From contig JBKEHH010000014.1 in the NCBI GenBank assembly GCA_046710535.1, positions 13,927 to 77,926 on the forward strand: 64,000 nt of DNA. The letters are read 5' to 3'. Every line of letters begins with the position of its first letter. The stretch's first letter is position 1. Position numbers and translations under genes: made by a program. The notes beneath the pieces are model-generated. The model did no database searches. It had not been told where the DNA came from and saw nothing but the letters and a program-made list of their open reading frames with translations. Origin of the DNA: Pseudomonadales bacterium. GTDB taxonomy: Bacteria; Pseudomonadota; Gammaproteobacteria; Pseudomonadales; CAWVSB01. Positions 50,238 through 58,505 of the stretch are shown piece by piece.

Positions 50238-50260
50238 TTACTAAGAGATTAACCAAAACC

Positions 50261-51820
50261 CTAGAATTTTGCGTAATGTCGAAATTCATAGGGGGAATTA
50301 AACGGGAATGACTTTAGTCTATGCTCAAGATAATCATTGAATTCTTCTGTGAGTGCTTTGTATTGATGCCAAGGAAATTGAATAGTATCTATGAATTCAT
50401 AAAAAAATAATGATTCAAGAGGGTAGTGTTTTTTATGGTACCTAGTGAATTTCTCGCATATTTTATGATCATTACGCCTAGTCTGTATCTGATAACCATC
50501 TAACGGATAAACCACGTCCTTTAAGAATACTCTTAATTTACCCTCTTTAATCTCACAACTGTAATATTGATAATTATGAGGCCTTTCTTTATAAGGTGCA
50601 TAAAGCGTATCTGTTGTGAGGATTGATTCTTTGTTTACTTTTTCCCCAATATTATTCACTAATCTTTCTACTCGCTCGAATATATCGATAAAGCAGATTT
50701 CTAAGCTTCGTTGATAGAACCATTCAATAAAACGCTCTTCATAATTTAGATATCCTTCAATTATTAAAGGATGAAAGAATTGGAAAGGGTGATAAAAATT
50801 CCTATTATTTTCACTGTTTATCAAAAAAGGATAGTCTCTTATGGTTATAAAATTATGGATTTTTAGTGAATAGTTGAAACTTTCTACGTAGAAAAAATAC
50901 ACACTCAAAGCGGTACAAAATTTACATGATTTGGGTGCTTTTAAAAGATCTTTTAGACGTATAGATTTTAATGTGAATACTTTTGATCGATGCCCCTTAG
51001 GACATTGTTTTGCAATCCATCGTAAAATTCTGGTTAATGTTAGATATTTGACTCTCGCCATTTTAGCGATGAGTTTAGGTGAATAATTATTGATGAAAAA
51101 ATCTTCTCCTTCATATATCGGATTGATTTTTTCATATTTATTAAAAATGATAACCCGTACAGGTGAGATGGGAATTTTTAGAGATTGTAAGAGTTTATGA
51201 GTTACTTTTTTGTCTTTGATAGTGAGAATCGTTGGGTAATACCTGTCTTTTGGCGATATTTCATACCAGCCATCACCAAAAGATGGAATTGATCTCTGCT
51301 GAGAGAGATTTTCTTCTAAATAGTAGTAGTTTTTAGTCAACCAGTCTCTAAAAAGGTTGTCTAGTTTTTTTATAATTTTAAAATCGACATCTGTAAGAAC
51401 TAATTCAGGCTCTGAAGTAATATTTTGGGCACTATAGTCAATTGTCCCATCTTTTTTCGTGTTATCATCAAGACAAACTACAGAGGGAATTTCAGCGGTT
51501 AATTTACAGTGATGTATAGGGCAATGGGTTATCCAAGGTATATTAAAGATATCTGTATGGAAAATTATCTGTGCACATTTAGGACAAAATTTAAATTCTC
51601 CTATTAGTTGCGTAGCAATTTGATTGGAACTTTCAAACCCTTGATATGCGAGCACTCTCTGTTTGAACCCTGTAATCTCAGGAAATATGGTTTTCAAATA
51701 TTTATCAATAAATATTTGTGATAGTCCCCGATTTGCTACCATAAATCTCGTTATGCAGGAGAGCTCGCTTTCGTGAGGTCTCTTAAAATAGTCACCTGAG
51801 TTAAAATGTAGTCCCATCAC
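50261..51820 (-). CDS. tniQ: TniQ/TnsD-family target-selection protein
   Basis: TniQ-like N-terminus (PHESELSCITRFMVANRG) with a Cys/His cluster (FCPKC...WITHCPIHHC). 519 aa, comparable with Tn7 TnsD. 4-nt overlap with tnsC. Confidence 0.8.
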   Translation of the reverse strand: MMGLHFNSGDYFKRPHESELSCITRFMVANRGLSQIFIDKYLKTIFPEITGFKQRVLAYQGFESSNQIATQLIGEFKFCPKCAQIIFHTDIFNIPWITHCPIHHCKLTAEIPSVVCLDDNTKKDGTIDYSAQNITSEPELVLTDVDFKIIKKLDNLFRDWLTKNYYYLEENLSQQRSIPSFGDGWYEISPKDRYYPTILTIKDKKVTHKLLQSLKIPISPVRVIIFNKYEKINPIYEGEDFFINNYSPKLIAKMARVKYLTLTRILRWIAKQCPKGHRSKVFTLKSIRLKDLLKAPKSCKFCTALSVYFFYVESFNYSLKIHNFITIRDYPFLINSENNRNFYHPFQFFHPLIIEGYLNYEERFIEWFYQRSLEICFIDIFERVERLVNNIGEKVNKESILTTDTLYAPYKERPHNYQYYSCEIKEGKLRVFLKDVVYPLDGYQIQTRRNDHKICEKFTRYHKKHYPLESLFFYEFIDTIQFPWHQYKALTEEFNDYLEHRLKSFPFNSPYEFRHYAKF

Positions 51821-52764
51821 ACAGCCTTTATATTTTCTGGCACGAAGCCAGTGGCATCTAATGCACGCTCTACCATTTCTTCAGAGAGATGATCAACTCC
51901 GTAATGAGGCAAAAAATCAGTTAATAAAACATTCACCATTGATATAAAGTACTGCATACCCCAAGAATCAATCTGATATGCTTTTTGATAACGGGTGAAA
52001 GTACCCCATAATAAAGATGCCGCATCACTTAAGCGCCAATTATCATTAAACGCCTGTGGTAAAAAGAACTCTGTATAAACTGGACCGTCTTCTTTGGGAA
52101 AACGCAGTGAGTCGTATTGAGCAAGACACGCTTTGACATCAGCTTTATTTCGAAGGCCATAGAAGTTATAGATATTTATGAAAAATCGACCATGGATATG
52201 ACGATATTGTTTCTTTCTGATGACATGTAATAAAGACTCCGCCTCATCGCTATTCACCACAAGGAATACATGTAATTGGATTTTGTATTTCTCACGTAAA
52301 ATGTCATAGATTTGGCAAAAGACTCCACATTGCTCTGGTGATAATCGCTGTGCTTCATCGGCAAAGATAATAAACTGACGGCTCTTTTTCTCAGCCAAAC
52401 TATCGAGAATATAGCAGAGGAGATTATTCAGCATAGGTTCTACTCGCATGGTATTGGTAACAGGTAAATCCACGCTAACCAATAATGTTCTATAAAGAGC
52501 ATTTACTGTTTTTCGGTCAAGGGTAGGAACGGTCAGAAAGTGAGAAGGGATGATTTCGCCACGACGATTTTTCAGATTATCTCTAATGTAATCGAGCGCT
52601 GTAGTTTTTCCATGGCGCGCCTGCCCTTGTATCACTGCACCAGTGATGCCGTTCCAGAGCAGCTGTGTTAACTGGTCTTCAAGTAACTGAATAGCAGGTG
52701 TTCGTATGATGAGATCATAAGGATGGAACACGGGGTGATCGTAGTAATCAATGTTTTGTTGCAT
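51817..52764 (-). CDS. tnsC: TnsC/TniB-family AAA+ ATPase
   Basis: Walker A GQARHGKTT and Walker B FIIFADEAQRL. 315 aa, which is TniB-sized. Confidence 0.85.
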   Translation of the reverse strand: MQQNIDYYDHPVFHPYDLIIRTPAIQLLEDQLTQLLWNGITGAVIQGQARHGKTTALDYIRDNLKNRRGEIIPSHFLTVPTLDRKTVNALYRTLLVSVDLPVTNTMRVEPMLNNLLCYILDSLAEKKSRQFIIFADEAQRLSPEQCGVFCQIYDILREKYKIQLHVFLVVNSDEAESLLHVIRKKQYRHIHGRFFINIYNFYGLRNKADVKACLAQYDSLRFPKEDGPVYTEFFLPQAFNDNWRLSDAASLLWGTFTRYQKAYQIDSWGMQYFISMVNVLLTDFLPHYGVDHLSEEMVERALDATGFVPENIKAV

Positions 52765-54646
52765 GATTCGATACCATGAGTTTAGTGGATAGGGAAGTAC
52801 TCCAAGGTTTGATCTTCAGTGTAGTTTGGTCAACAGCTATCGCATCATATGAATGATCTTGAGATGGCTTTAATATAAGAGGTTCATCACCAGAATCCGT
52901 AAATTCATCATATATTTTAAGAATTTTCAGATTATCTTCAGAGTTACCTTTATGTTCCAATAAGTACCTAAAATAGCCTGCCAGTAAATCGGTAGCATGA
53001 AATGCATGAGCTTTCACTAGATTGTGAATATGTTTACGGGTTGCCAGGCTGTGTTTAAATCTACGCCACGATCTTGAAGCTAGTAATGTCCCTAATGCGG
53101 CACCGCCTGTCGTAAAAACACTTAATTCCCGAATGTCGCGTATATCGTATTCGACAGTTACGTAACTATCGTCTCTTAGAGCTGTATATAATTCTTGATG
53201 ACTTGAGGTATAGCGGACATAGAAGAAATTTACGTGGGGCTGTCTATTTTCTTTTTTTAGCCACTTAATCGGTAAATTTACTCGCCGCGTAAATGGTGAC
53301 CAGCGCTCTCTAAGGATCTCTGGAGTGTATCTCACATAATGATTCTGATGATGGTCAAGAAACAACGATAGAGGTGTTGTTGCGCCAAGGTGTGATTTCG
53401 GAGTCACATTATCTTGAGTCAATATAATACTGAGCGCCTCTTCTAATGTTCGCAGGGTAATCAACGGCACTTTTTTATTGTTTTTTCGTGATTCTTTTTT
53501 TGGGTCTTTAGGGTGTGATCCTGTAGTCGAGTTAGCACGATGACTAAAATTTATGTTGATATAGTTAAAGGCAGCTTCAATCCAGTTCCGTGTTTGGGGA
53601 ACAGCTGGGGGGCCAAAACTTAGAGTGGCTGACCGTTGTATACATATGACATCACGCACGCTATGGGAAAAATGGGATAAAGCATTATCCAGCTGTAAGG
53701 TATTAAAATTGATGTCTGTAATTGCTGGGTGACCTGATGGAAACATTGCTCCTGGTTCATATTGAAACCCCGGTGTTGTTAACTGTAATGGTTGCCAAGG
53801 TTTTATACATTTATCGAACAACATGAGAATGTCTTGTTGGTTAGGAGTTTTTGTATAGGCTATTGCAAAACCTAATTTGCAATTAGTATCGACGTCCATT
53901 GCCAATAAGAGGTTGATCCGTTTGATGCGAAGCGGAATCAACTCCTCATTGAGTTGAAGGTGGATACTAGTATGTAAATCCATGGTTTGTTCGTCAATTT
54001 GAATAGTTCTTAAAGCCCGCTGTGCTGGAAGATCGGAAATATACTTATGTGCTTTTTGATCGTGTATCCTCTTTAACTCATTACTGCGCTTGTGGAGATA
54101 TTGTCGTACTGATTCATAAGCCACACTTTGCGTGTTGTAGGGATAACAGTCGGTTGGATGATTAGCCTCTCTAAGCACATTCTTAAACTCACCATGAAAT
54201 ACCTTGGGCGTGAGATTTTGACTATAGGGCTTATCACTTTGGTATGCCTTAATCATGCTATCCAGACGACTTTCCATATATGGAACATGATTCAATAGCC
54301 ACTGAAAGCTATAATTCTGCCCACTAGTCATATCCATTGGTTGACGGCGTTCGCCTTTATTTAAGCGTTTATCAGGAATCAGCCCCTGAGTTAAAGGCGG
54401 AGGCTCATTCTCATCGCCACTCAAGCACCGATTGAGAATGTGGCTAACAAAAGAAGTGGAAACCTGATGAACTGTTGCTGTGTGCTTGATTGAGACGCCT
54501 TTTAGAACCGATAGAGCGATCTGCTGATTACGAATAAACCGTTTGCGTTTGGATTTATGTAAATTCGACACATCCACATAAGGCCATTCAGCAAGCTGCC
54601 GTAACCGAGGCTCTCTATCTAGGCGAACTGACCAATTGATCTGCAT
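52748..54646 (-). CDS. tnsB: TnsB-type DDE (Mu/retroviral-integrase-like) transposase
   Basis: N-terminal HTH region. DDE candidates are IQIDEQT, LQLDNALSH and WIEAAFNY. A C-terminal Mu-transposase-like beta domain is present. 632 aa. Confidence 0.9.
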   Translation of the reverse strand: MQINWSVRLDREPRLRQLAEWPYVDVSNLHKSKRKRFIRNQQIALSVLKGVSIKHTATVHQVSTSFVSHILNRCLSGDENEPPPLTQGLIPDKRLNKGERRQPMDMTSGQNYSFQWLLNHVPYMESRLDSMIKAYQSDKPYSQNLTPKVFHGEFKNVLREANHPTDCYPYNTQSVAYESVRQYLHKRSNELKRIHDQKAHKYISDLPAQRALRTIQIDEQTMDLHTSIHLQLNEELIPLRIKRINLLLAMDVDTNCKLGFAIAYTKTPNQQDILMLFDKCIKPWQPLQLTTPGFQYEPGAMFPSGHPAITDINFNTLQLDNALSHFSHSVRDVICIQRSATLSFGPPAVPQTRNWIEAAFNYININFSHRANSTTGSHPKDPKKESRKNNKKVPLITLRTLEEALSIILTQDNVTPKSHLGATTPLSLFLDHHQNHYVRYTPEILRERWSPFTRRVNLPIKWLKKENRQPHVNFFYVRYTSSHQELYTALRDDSYVTVEYDIRDIRELSVFTTGGAALGTLLASRSWRRFKHSLATRKHIHNLVKAHAFHATDLLAGYFRYLLEHKGNSEDNLKILKIYDEFTDSGDEPLILKPSQDHSYDAIAVDQTTLKIKPWSTSLSTKLMVSNHATKH

Positions 54647-55326
54647 GATTGAAACCGTGTAGGAAAGTCTAAGGGTGCTTCATTAAGATTGGCGCGAAAT
54701 TGCCCGTGATACAAGAGACGAAAAAGACCAATCTCGCGCTGATAGGTGCGCTCCCGATCCCCTCTATCAACAATATCACCCAGATAAAAGCAGTCTGTCA
54801 CGGTGCCAAATTCACCCAACAAATCAATCTCTGCTTGGTGAGTATCAATATCTACTGCTTGATGCAGCGTATGGACAATCATCAGCCAGTTCTCAGCGGC
54901 TAATTGCTGCTCAAACACAGTCTCATTAGCAAGTGTGCCGAAGCTCATTTGACGTAAAGCAAAGAATTGCTTGAGGGCCTCCACTTGGTTTTCATCAAAT
55001 TTACCCTCAGGTTTGAGTTCTAACACCTGCTGATCACCGTTTGCTTCAACGTAGATATCAGGTGTGTAGAAACCTCCAAAGACTTTTAACCGATACGGTT
55101 GCGGCACATAACGACGTACGGTGGGGTCACCTTCTAGCAAGGCAACATGGAGCAATTCGGCCAGTGAGTGAAATTCAGAAATTCCGGGGTGTTTCAGTAG
55201 GCAGCATTGAAAAAAATTTGTAGATTTCTTGAAATTCGGCCTAGTAGGCTGTTGTACCGGTTCAAGTGTATCGGCCCAGACATGCCTTGCCATGTCATAT
55301 CGAGAATGGAGTAACTGCTGGCTCAT
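54619..55326 (-). CDS. tnsA: TnsA endonuclease
   Basis: Restriction-endonuclease-like triad context: SLAELLHVALLEGDPTVRRYVPQP, YTPDIYVE, QVLELKPEG. Confidence 0.85.
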   Translation of the reverse strand: MSQQLLHSRYDMARHVWADTLEPVQQPTRPNFKKSTNFFQCCLLKHPGISEFHSLAELLHVALLEGDPTVRRYVPQPYRLKVFGGFYTPDIYVEANGDQQVLELKPEGKFDENQVEALKQFFALRQMSFGTLANETVFEQQLAAENWLMIVHTLHQAVDIDTHQAEIDLLGEFGTVTDCFYLGDIVDRGDRERTYQREIGLFRLLYHGQFRANLNEAPLDFPTRFQSCRSIGQFA

Positions 55327-55394
55327 GGCTTTCCCCCAGTAAAATGAAGAGACAAACGCTATCAGAAACAGGGATGCTTTAATACGCGGAGCTT

Positions 55395-55445
55395 TGCACC
55401 AATTATATATAGTTTGGTGCAGGTATAAAAACGCCTATTTTTATA
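55395..55445. promoter_or_regulatory. two adjacent perfect palindromes in the tnsA / recombinase divergent region
   Basis: TGCACCAA-N11-TTGGTGCA at 55395-55421 and TATAAAAA-CGCCTA-TTTTTATA at 55424-55445. A third TGCACCA lies at 55508-55514, just before the recombinase ATG. Confidence 0.5.
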
Positions 55446-55528
55446 GACAAATACGCTTAAAAGGCGGTTATGTCACCCACTTAAGCGGTTTATAATACCT
55501 CTCAATATGCACCAGAGTACAAGGGCAA

Positions 55529-56263
55529 ATGGTACAAACACATTACACAGACCATGAATTTTCGCCAACGCGCAGGCGCAACCTCTTTGCACCTATCGAA
55601 CGTCCTGCCGTCACGTTCCCGATACAGTCTGTCGTTATCGATTGGGATCGCCTGCAAGCCAAACGTGCCATCGTGCTAGAAACCGCCGACACCATGCCAG
55701 CTTACCTGCTGAAGCCCGAAATCAATCTCCTACTTGATGCGGAAAAAGATCCAATTTATCGCCTCATCTATGACTTAATGTGGACAACAGGAGCACGGGT
55801 ATCTGAAGTCCTCGCGTTAACCCCTGAACGCTTTACCAATGACGGCTACGATTACGGTGTTATTTTAAAAACACTCAAACAAGGGTCAGGACGACCAACT
55901 AAAAAGTCCTTACTTCGATCGAAAAAGCGCTATGTGCCCATCGTTGATCGGGGCGTACAAGATAGAATTCAAAGCTATTTATACACAGGACATTTTAGAA
56001 AGACTGAACACATATTTACCATGAAACGACAAACCGTTTGGCGACATATTCAGCGATTAGTGGAGAGAGTAGGGGGCGCACCATTTTCGATATCTACAAA
56101 GACCTTTAGGCATTCTTTCGCTGTTCATCTCATATTACATGGCAGGCCTTTAAAGATTGTCAGCAAACTCCTAGGACACGCATCGATACAAACGACAGAA
56201 ATTTACACCAACGTCCTAACGGTAGACGCTGGGCATTTTTTAGAAGGGGTGGATTTTCATTAG
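55529..56263 (+). CDS. short tyrosine recombinase (catalytic domain only; FimB/XerC-like)
   Basis: TGARVSEVLAL (Arg I), FRHSFAVHL (Arg II; the first His of HxxR is replaced by Lys: KTFRH), LLGHASIQTTEIYTNV (His/Tyr nucleophile). 244 aa with no recognisable N-terminal core-binding domain. Confidence 0.85.
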   Translation: MVQTHYTDHEFSPTRRRNLFAPIERPAVTFPIQSVVIDWDRLQAKRAIVLETADTMPAYLLKPEINLLLDAEKDPIYRLIYDLMWTTGARVSEVLALTPERFTNDGYDYGVILKTLKQGSGRPTKKSLLRSKKRYVPIVDRGVQDRIQSYLYTGHFRKTEHIFTMKRQTVWRHIQRLVERVGGAPFSISTKTFRHSFAVHLILHGRPLKIVSKLLGHASIQTTEIYTNVLTVDAGHFLEGVDFH

Positions 56264-56807
56264 AGAAAGGATATTAATAGCTCGGTGTATGTTGAAGACT
56301 GCCCGCTTAAAGGATTCATGATTACGTTTAATGCAGTTGCCTAGTAACTATGTTAAGTGTCTAGTAAAGTCTGGGAAGTTCAGGGAGTCCGAGTTCAAGA
56401 GATAGGTAGCCCTTTTTTACATTTCTTTTCTTCTTCCACGCGCCAGAGACTTTTTTCAAATTCTCGGTTTTTCTTTGGTATGGGGTCATTGGTGTTGCCT
56501 GTGGCAAATACCATTGTGCTCTTCTCGAAGCTGGCGGACTCATTTGTCCATGATAAATTTTCTAACTCCCAATGCTTTCTCTGTTTTGCGAATAGAAACA
56601 TCTTAGATTCACAACTAGACGTGCTGCCTGTAATCTAAATTCTGGGTTTTATGTCGGTCTCACTCGTCTGTTCATTGATCCGTAAGTAGTTATGAGATGA
56701 TAATGTCACCTTTTAATCAGGTGGTCAGCTTCACTATTACACTATCTACTACTTAACAGCCTATAAATGGATTATTCAGTTCGCATTTAGTGCTGTCAAA
56801 AGGCGAG

Positions 56808-57275
56808 TCATTTAGTTTGAATGGTTATTGTGGCGCTAACATTCCCAGGTTGCTTTCCTTTATTTAATGTTAATGACGTTATCTTGGTGCTTTTTGAGGA
56901 AGTATTTAATGCCCCGATAAGCGCTATGGTTTTACTATAAAGCGCATCATTGGTAGAGATAAGTACGCCTCCATCTGTTTTCGGTTGTATTCGATCCAAT
57001 GTAATTTCGTATTCGGCGGCAATTTTCGCGAGATCACTAATGGTAACTTCGTCAGTTCCAGTTCGAGTTCCATGATTGCTTTCTATCAGAGTATTTTTAT
57101 TTATCTGCATCCATGATAACAGCGACTTTTTTTCCGTATATCCATTTATAGCTTTTAGCTTCAGGGTATTGATAGAAGGCAAAATGACAAGCGAAAGAAT
57201 GATAGCTACCAAGGCAATAGCGTGACGCGGGTGTGATTTAGCATTGGTTTTAATTTGTTCTACGAGTTCATTCAT
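56808..57275 (-). CDS. gspM: T2SS GspM-like protein
   Basis: 155 aa with a single N-terminal TM (HAIALVAIILSLVILP) and a periplasmic ferredoxin-like-sized domain. It sits directly after the gspL-like gene. Confidence 0.55.
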   Translation of the reverse strand: MNELVEQIKTNAKSHPRHAIALVAIILSLVILPSINTLKLKAINGYTEKKSLLSWMQINKNTLIESNHGTRTGTDEVTISDLAKIAAEYEITLDRIQPKTDGGVLISTNDALYSKTIALIGALNTSSKSTKITSLTLNKGKQPGNVSATITIQTK

Positions 57276-57290
57276 ATTTTACTTGTGAGT

Positions 57291-58505
57291 CTATAAAGTG
57301 ACTTGTATTTTTGCACTGATAGTAGATTTTTGCTGATCTGCATTTAGTAATTTGGCTTTTGCACCATTTTCTTCAATCAATTTCACATATCGTTGTATTG
57401 CATCATGACTGGTGGCCTTAATATCTATAGTAAGACCGTTACTAGGCTGAAATCTCAACGATTGTATGTCAACTACATCCGCTGGTTTTAAAGCGCTTAC
57501 CAGCAACTGCTGAAGATTATTATTTGTTGCTGAACTAGTGTTATTGATATGTTGTTTAAGTTGTCTTTTAAGACTAATTATTCGTTTGTCTTGAGGATAT
57601 ATTTCCTTGTATAAGGCGACAGCTTGATCTTGGTATTCTTTTTCTTGTGACGAGTAGTAAAGCCACGACACGGTATTAATAACAACAACCATCAGAAGTA
57701 CAGCCGCTGCACTAATAGCAAATAACGGTTTTTTAATGAGATCGTATAACTCGTGTTTGATGTCTTTACGCTTATTGGGTAAAACGTCCCAGTATTCCAG
57801 TTCCGCTGAATGGTCTACTAACCATTGTTCGATCGGTACTGCTATTGAGGAATAGTCATAGCGGGCGTGTACCATATTACTGTCTATAGTCGGCTCACCG
57901 AAATGATGGTGAACTATGGAGTGGTCATCAGTACGTTCTCTTATAATACTTTCTAAAAATACAGTTAAATTTTTATAATCACAGGCGTAGGTGTTTGTTT
58001 GATCAAGGTTAATCAATACCATTGATTCGTCGCTGACAATTGTAATTGTCCTATTTGTTGATGAAATTAAGTGAGTATCTAAGATGGTTTTGCTGATGGG
58101 CACATGTTGTTTAGCTAAGAATGCGAGCCATTGGCTGGATAGCTGTTTATGTATGGCAACAGCTTTCCATTGATTTTCATCAAATGGGTGGCAGGTGATA
58201 GTGAATGCGTCAATATCTTCAAGAGCGTATTCTTCAAGATGATATTTGATGGTGTTGGAAATATGCTGGGATTTGTTATCTGTGTTAGGTAAATCGATGC
58301 AATCACAAATGGTGTGCATCGCTGGCCATACCAAAATACACTCATCCTCATCCTCATCCTCATCGTCGTTGATGACGGATATTAGCTGCGCGCCCGCTAT
58401 GAGTATTGCATCAACGCCTATTTCTTTCTGGTAGGCCTTAATACCTCCCCAAGTAGGGGTGCTGTTTATTGCCTGTTGATCAATAAATAGAAAATACCTA
58501 GTCAT
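57291..58505 (-). CDS. gspL: T2SS GspL-like protein
   Basis: 404 aa: about 250-aa cytoplasmic domain, one TM (LFAISAAAVLLMVVVINTVSWLYY) and a periplasmic domain. 8-nt overlap with gspE. Confidence 0.6.
   Translation of the reverse strand: MTRYFLFIDQQAINSTPTWGGIKAYQKEIGVDAILIAGAQLISVINDDEDEDEDECILVWPAMHTICDCIDLPNTDNKSQHISNTIKYHLEEYALEDIDAFTITCHPFDENQWKAVAIHKQLSSQWLAFLAKQHVPISKTILDTHLISSTNRTITIVSDESMVLINLDQTNTYACDYKNLTVFLESIIRERTDDHSIVHHHFGEPTIDSNMVHARYDYSSIAVPIEQWLVDHSAELEYWDVLPNKRKDIKHELYDLIKKPLFAISAAAVLLMVVVINTVSWLYYSSQEKEYQDQAVALYKEIYPQDKRIISLKRQLKQHINNTSSATNNNLQQLLVSALKPADVVDIQSLRFQPSNGLTIDIKATSHDAIQRYVKLIEENGAKAKLLNADQQKSTISAKIQVTL
58341..58364. repeat. hexanucleotide repeat (CTCATC)4 inside gspL-like gene, encoding DEDEDEDE
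   Basis: Read directly. Confidence 0.95.

Larger units (their letters stand above)
50164..55449 (-). mobile_element. Tn7-like transposon core (tnsA-tnsB-tnsC-tniQ); boundaries provisional
   Basis: Four co-oriented overlapping transposition genes. The left boundary candidate is TGT at 50164 (or 50217). Right boundary candidates are ...ACA at 55449, 56613 or 56741. No matching 5-bp target duplication was found for any pair. Confidence 0.55.

Noticed and set aside
55452-56320. Direct repeat CGCTTAAAAGG / CGCTTAAAGG flanks the recombinase gene (55454 and 56302). It could mark an excisable unit.
   Set aside because: The match is only about 10 nt with an indel. My rough estimate gives several such matches by chance between regions of this size, and no supporting extended similarity exists.
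50040-56810. I looked for a 5-bp target-site duplication flanking the Tn7-like element.
   Set aside because: Left flanks are ATAAA (before 50164) and CACCC (before 50217). Right flanks are AATAC (after 55449), ACTAG (after 56613) and CTATC (after 56741). No pair matches. TCACCC occurs at both 50211 and 55473, but the latter is not preceded by ...ACA, and a 5-6-mer recurrence in 200 bp is expected by chance.
56264-56810. Searched by eye for tRNA, tmRNA or SRP-RNA fragments, and for a CRISPR array or guide-RNA-like repeats, as a possible attachment site or targeting module.
   Set aside because: I found no T-loop or acceptor-like segment (GTTCRANYC with flanking stems), no tmRNA termini and no regularly spaced direct repeats. 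A covariance-model scan would be needed to exclude structured RNAs.
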